DNA of 56,938 bases, the filler included, from Dugesia japonica (taxonomy: Eukaryota), in assembly GCA_001938525.1 (NCBI GenBank). It is 5 parts of 5 records of this genome, joined end to end, with 100 filler letters (N's around TTAATTAATTAA, not from the genome) between each part and the next. Parts side by side here need not be neighbours in the genome. Positions count along the whole stretch, not along the records: positions 47,901 to 56,938 come from MQRL01479876.1; 4 more parts are not named here. One strand, given 5' to 3'. Of the stretch, positions 51,650 to 56,938 are shown in pieces. Position 1 is the stretch's first letter, and every line of letters begins with the position of its first letter. The notes below the pieces were generated by a model. That model made no database searches. It saw nothing but the letters and a program-made list of their open reading frames with translations, and was not told the DNA's origin. Made by a program: the position numbers and the translations under genes.

Positions 51650-54600
51650 CTCTATATGAATAACATTAAGAAAATTCAACTATATATACCCCAGTTTTGA
51701 AAGTCTAATAGTGCTATACAAAAAATTGGAAATCGCCGCAAACGATCTGCAAGATACGCTTTCATAGATCAACTGAGTAAAAATTAAACTAGTAAATTGT
51801 AAATTATTATTTCTAGTCTTATTTTAAACAAAAATATTTTGTTGAATCCAGTCAATTTAATTCGGTTGAGTAGTTTTTAAGAATTATAACTGAGAAAGCT
51901 ATTTTAAAAAGCGTATAAATTCAATTCTTATTTATATGATCAAAAAATTTTCCCACGAAATTAGAGAAGGAAAACATAAAATTGTTTTTAAAAAAACTGA
52001 AAAGAAAATTCGTTCATTGCGTGTTGTTAATAAGAGAGAGAAATAATGTCTACTAGAGTATATTATAAAGTCATAAAATTTACTGAACTGGGAAAGAAAA
52101 ATCTCGATTTAAATGAATTTAACATCGATAAAAAAACAAATGCATCAGTAGAATCAATGGAAAGCTTTTCGTTTAATATAAGAGATTAATAAAAATTTTC
52201 ATAAATCAAGATTTTTAAATATAAATTTCAATAAAAATATTTCATAGATAAGTATAAAATTATTTTTCATTTTAAAAATAAAACCTACTTTTAAACGAAA
52301 GGTTTTTTGCAAAACAAAGTAATATTAGTAATGTTAGAAATGTGTCATTTTTTTTATTACAAAGCAACATCAACATAAATATTTATTGTCAAACAATTCC
52401 ATATTTAAATTTAAATATAATTCTGAACAGCGGCGATTATTAGTTTTGTGCATTAAACATTTCATTTTCATTATGGTAACATATTAACACTTTCACATAC
52501 AACAATCTAGAAATTGGGTCCGCGGCGCTGTTTCAGAAATATTTTACCAACGACTTTGCAGTCCATTCATAAATCGGTTATCCCGAAATATCTCCGTCAA
52601 CTACGCACGAAGCTTAATTATTCATTTACTGAATAACTCTTGCTCAAATCTTAATTTTCATTAGACTACGAAATTCGATGATCTGGCCTAGTTTAAAATT
52701 AGCGAATGTTTGTCTGGATTTCGCTCAAAATTCGGGTAATTATGGTCAATTTTAGTTCATTTAAATTGAAAATTTTAAAAGGATCCGTGAGCCACGCAAG
52801 AAATCCTTAAAAATTGTGAGAACCATTAATCTAGAAACTTTAATGTGAAATTACTACACAATTTTATCATACGGATTGCTGACAACCTAAACCAAAGAAA
52901 TTCTAAAACATTTAAAATAGATTTAGAAAGCCACTTAGTTACTAGAGTAGAAAACATATTCGTAACCGAATGCTTTAAAGATTTACCCGAAAATCAGATT
53001 TAAATTGCTTTATTATTATTTTTTTTACATAAGAGCACTAAATTTCCAAAGAGCAAATTTAAATAAGAAAAGAATGGTTAAAAGTTTTTGTAGATAAAAT
53101 ATTAATAAATTTATTATAAGTTTTGATTATTAATAAACTGTTTCTCATTTTCTGGCAACTTTCCAATAACTAGTTCTGAAATAATTTCATGAAATGTTCA
53201 TATTTCACATGTCTTATTATTTAACAAATAGAATAATTTATTTTTCGTTTCTTATATTATTTTAACATAAATTTTAATAAATTTATAAAATATATTCTAT
53301 TATACTTTGATAAAATGGTTAAGAAGGTATATGAATTACTATGAGTTAAATGGAAGAAACTTTTATCATCCATAGCATTTTACTATCTAAAATATTTGTA
53401 GTATGATTTACAATTTGCCCAAGAAATTAATAAATACAATCTTTTCTTTAAAACAAACACTAAAATTTTGNNNNNNNNNNNNNNNNNNNNNNNNNNNNNN
53501 NNNNNNNNNNNNNNNNNNNNNNNNNNNNNNNNNNNNNNNNNNNNNNNNNNNNNNNNNNNNNNNNNNNNNNNNNNNNNNNNNNNNNNNNNNNNNNNNNNNN
53601 NNNNNNNNNNNNNNNNNNNNNNNNNNNNNNNNNNNNNNNNNNNNNNNNNNNNNNNNNNNNNNNNNNNNNNNNNNNNNNNNNNNNNNNNNNNNAATTTAAG
53701 TGTATCAATTGATCTTTCTAATGTTGGAAAATATAATTTACTTAACAATTTAATTCATAAGAAATTTAGATTAATCGGATAAATTATATATTTAAATCTT
53801 AAGCCAATAATAAATAAACTATATAAATTCACTTTACATATTACTGATATTAATACTAATTTCACAAACTAAGTAAAATTATCGAAAATCATCCATTATT
53901 TTACAAAACCGTAATATTTAAATTTTTTATTTTAAAATTATATATACTGAATAAAAATTATATAATTTTATCAAATTAAAATTCATTAAAGATTGTAAAA
54001 TCAAAATATACCTCAAACAAGATTGACGCAATTATCCAAACTACTAAAAAATTCGTAAAATTTCTTTCAATATAATGAGCCAATAATTCACCTCACAATG
54101 ACCTGATTTGAACTTATATTTCTATTGGGACGCAAAAACGTCAGTTTTTAAAGTGCATATTAATAGCAAACACACAGTCAAATAAACACGATCAGTATTT
54201 GATGAAATCATGGTAACTGCAACTACACACTAACAAGCTCCATTGCTGTATTACTCAAATACAAAATTCATAGTATGTAACTTTCTTAGATTAGATGAAA
54301 TAAATTTTTTCTTCTCCTAGAAAATGATTCATAGCATTTAATGTAAAATTTATTGCATACCCATAAATTTGCTCATACAATGAAAATATATGCTTTGTTT
54401 ATTTGATTCTATGCAACTAGTATGTAATTTAATTTTTAAAACTATATTTGTTATTAATTTTCGTTTCATGCAATACAGTAACAATTCATTTCAGGACAAA
54501 ATTAAATTATTGAGAATATAATATTCTTTTTTTTGTGCAATTAAGGTCATATCTATTACAATTAGTCCAGAAAACAGTTAATCATAAAAATTAGATATTT

Positions 54601-56938
54601 GATTTGAACACAATTAAAGCAATAATGAAATTTCATAAATAAATTAATTTTATAAACAAATATAAATTCAAAAATTCGGAAGTAATTTGGAAAAATAAAA
54701 AACCTACACTCAAAAAGCTATAAATGAGTTTACCCGTTATTTGAAAATTATTGATGGGTTTTTAATTATAAAATTATAGTACAACATAAAATCAATGATG
54801 GAATTCTCTAACTGTAAAAACCATGAGTCTGTGAAACTCATTATTGAATTCAAAAGACTAACTGTTTCATTTCAAAATTTATTACAATATTAGACACAAA
54901 AACAAATTAAAAAATTTGTATTCGAGTTAATTTCAATTTATAAAAAAAATTTTTAAATTTAAAGCTTTGAGTAAAATGTTGTTTCTTTAATATTTTTTTA
55001 GTTGTTGAAATTAATTCAATTTCTGAATAAGACAAAAGTCGAAATTCGAAATACTAATAACAACCAAAAATATATAAATAAAAACAACATTTTTATCGAA
55101 GATTTTAATTTAATTAAATCTCAAATACGATGAATGATTGAGTCCAACATTTATTATCACAATAATTGCAATTGTAAAATTATCAAAAATTATTAATTTA
55201 TTTTAAATAATTCACTAATTTAATTCATTTTCAAATATAAAAAATAAACGTAAAATTTTTAAATATAATGAACAAATGTATTTAAAAATGAATAATTCAT
55301 TATTTCTTAAAAGAAACCCCTTAATAAATTTAAAAACAAAATTTAAATTATTTATAATTTATATTTAATAATGTTGAGATTCGAGGTTTTTGTTGTTAAT
55401 AGTTCTTCGTGGACACTTTCTCTTTGCTCTTCTTCTGTAATATGTCCTTCTTTATGCACTCACTAACTTAACATCTTCTTAGGGTAGATACTCTGAAGCC
55501 GACAGTAATTTGACAATGTCTTGTGCATTGTGACATCTACCCCGAGTGCGTGTGGGACTATGCGGTATCCCGTCTTTGAATTTCTCTGGCTGCAGTTATT
55601 TCCTTTCCTGTCGTTATTTAATTACCTTACTTTTAGTCATGACTTAACAGTTTACAAGATCATTTATCCTAACGGAAGATTTATTTTTATGAACACAAAG
55701 CTTGTTATAACATATCGTCAATGGCAATGACTTCCTTCCTTTCTTCTCTTGTAGCCTTCTCAGTGCTTCGAGAGACTTGGCTTAAGGTGCATACAGTTAC
55801 AATCAAAACACCGTCTTTGTCTGTATAACCTTTGATTATATCGGCTATCATCCGGATTGACTGAGGCAAAGCTAGGCCCCTCACCTTCAGTTTGATGTTC
55901 TGCTACCGGAGCTTCTGTTTTGATGGAGCTCCATTATCTCAGCCTGAAGTTTTTTGTGTAAGGAGCACAAATTATTTCGTATTTCCGCCATCGAGTGATA
56001 GTATTAAATGTCTTATTAATAATAATCTCTGTTGCACATCTGATATAGTTGTTGTGGTGAAACACCTGGTATAGAAAATAAAAATAGCGATAGGTAAACC
56101 CGAAATTTGAAAGAATGTCACAAGAAAAGAAAACGAAGAATCCAGACCAAGGAAGGATACAGTTTAGTTAAAAAAAGAAATAATTAAAGAGAAAACCAGG
56201 TCATGGCGCTAAAACTTTCTAAATAACCAACAAAATCTAGAATTATAGCAGGAAACCACTCAGAAAGAAGAAAGCCAAAGAAGAAAAGACGTAATAAAAG
56301 CTATTAGCAGGACAAAGAAAATAATAAATAACAACCAATCAATTAGTTCATTGGGCAAAAATAAGGAAATCATGTTGAATTAATAATTGAAGAAAGAAAA
56401 AATAAATAAAATGAATTAATTAGTGAAAGAAAACGGCGAAATTAAATTAGTTTTAGATCAGAAACAAAAATGAACATCTAATTTATAATTAAGAGGAAAA
56501 TAAAACAATTAATTTATTTATTTAAATAAAATAAATCAAACAAAGTAAAATGATTTATTATAAAAAAGAAAATTAAATTTGTACGAAAATATAGGAAAAT
56601 GAAGACAAAATTAGCAATTAAGCAAATTATAGTCAAGAAAAAATCGGAAATTTTGAAAATCCAAGTTAAAAAACCATAGCAAGACTAAGAAAAAAGATAC
56701 AGGGGTTTTAAGATAGACCAATGGCACTCCAACAATTTTGGAATTCCAAAATTTCAACCAATTAAAAAAGTCAGGTGTCAGAACTAGAACAAACCAAACA
56801 GTAAAAACGCCAAAATTGCATATTAACCAAAAAAACAAAGAGGACGTATAAGAAAACCGGTATAAATGTTGGGGTGAAACACCCCTAAAGGAAAAGAAAT
56901 AAAAAGAAAAGCAACCAGAAAAAAGAAATAAAGAGAAA

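Noticed and set aside
55400-56938. Possible retroelement ORF1/gag relics (also 44380-45000, 49590-50000, 33250-33990)
   Set aside because: Coding-like composition but no diagnostic motif could be read with confidence.

Overview
Very AT-rich eukaryotic nuclear DNA with 44-nt GT-AG introns, AAT/ATC microsatellites and many decayed transposons. This is consistent with an AT-rich invertebrate, but the taxon cannot be determined from the window. The window is not contiguous: four artificial 100-bp linkers (N44-TTAATTAATTAA-N44) join five separate contigs (1-8835, 8936-21233, 21334-38129, 38230-47800, 47901-56938). The main finding is a nearly intact Polinton/Maverick (adintovirus-like) protein-primed family-B DNA polymerase (4650-8835). 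It has N-terminal C2H2 zinc fingers, an endonuclease-VII-like domain interrupted by an in-frame Ser/Glu/Gly minisatellite, and a mini-intein inserted in the catalytic motif C (YSD|SVTADTP...VTEDHSLL...VYDIETEDGSFNCG). The intein resembles giant-virus PolB inteins and is cut off by the contig end just before its C-terminal splice junction. A second, decayed polymerase of the same family on another contig (46070-47731, minus) has the empty site YSDTDS. Other content: two 5' exons of a CCR4/CNOT6 gene, a ubiquitin pseudogene, a decayed piggyBac, a Penelope-like element, an internally deleted Ty3/Gypsy element with both LTRs, a hAT MITE, gag relics, and three tandem acceptor-ORF-AATAAA cassettes (42074-43247).
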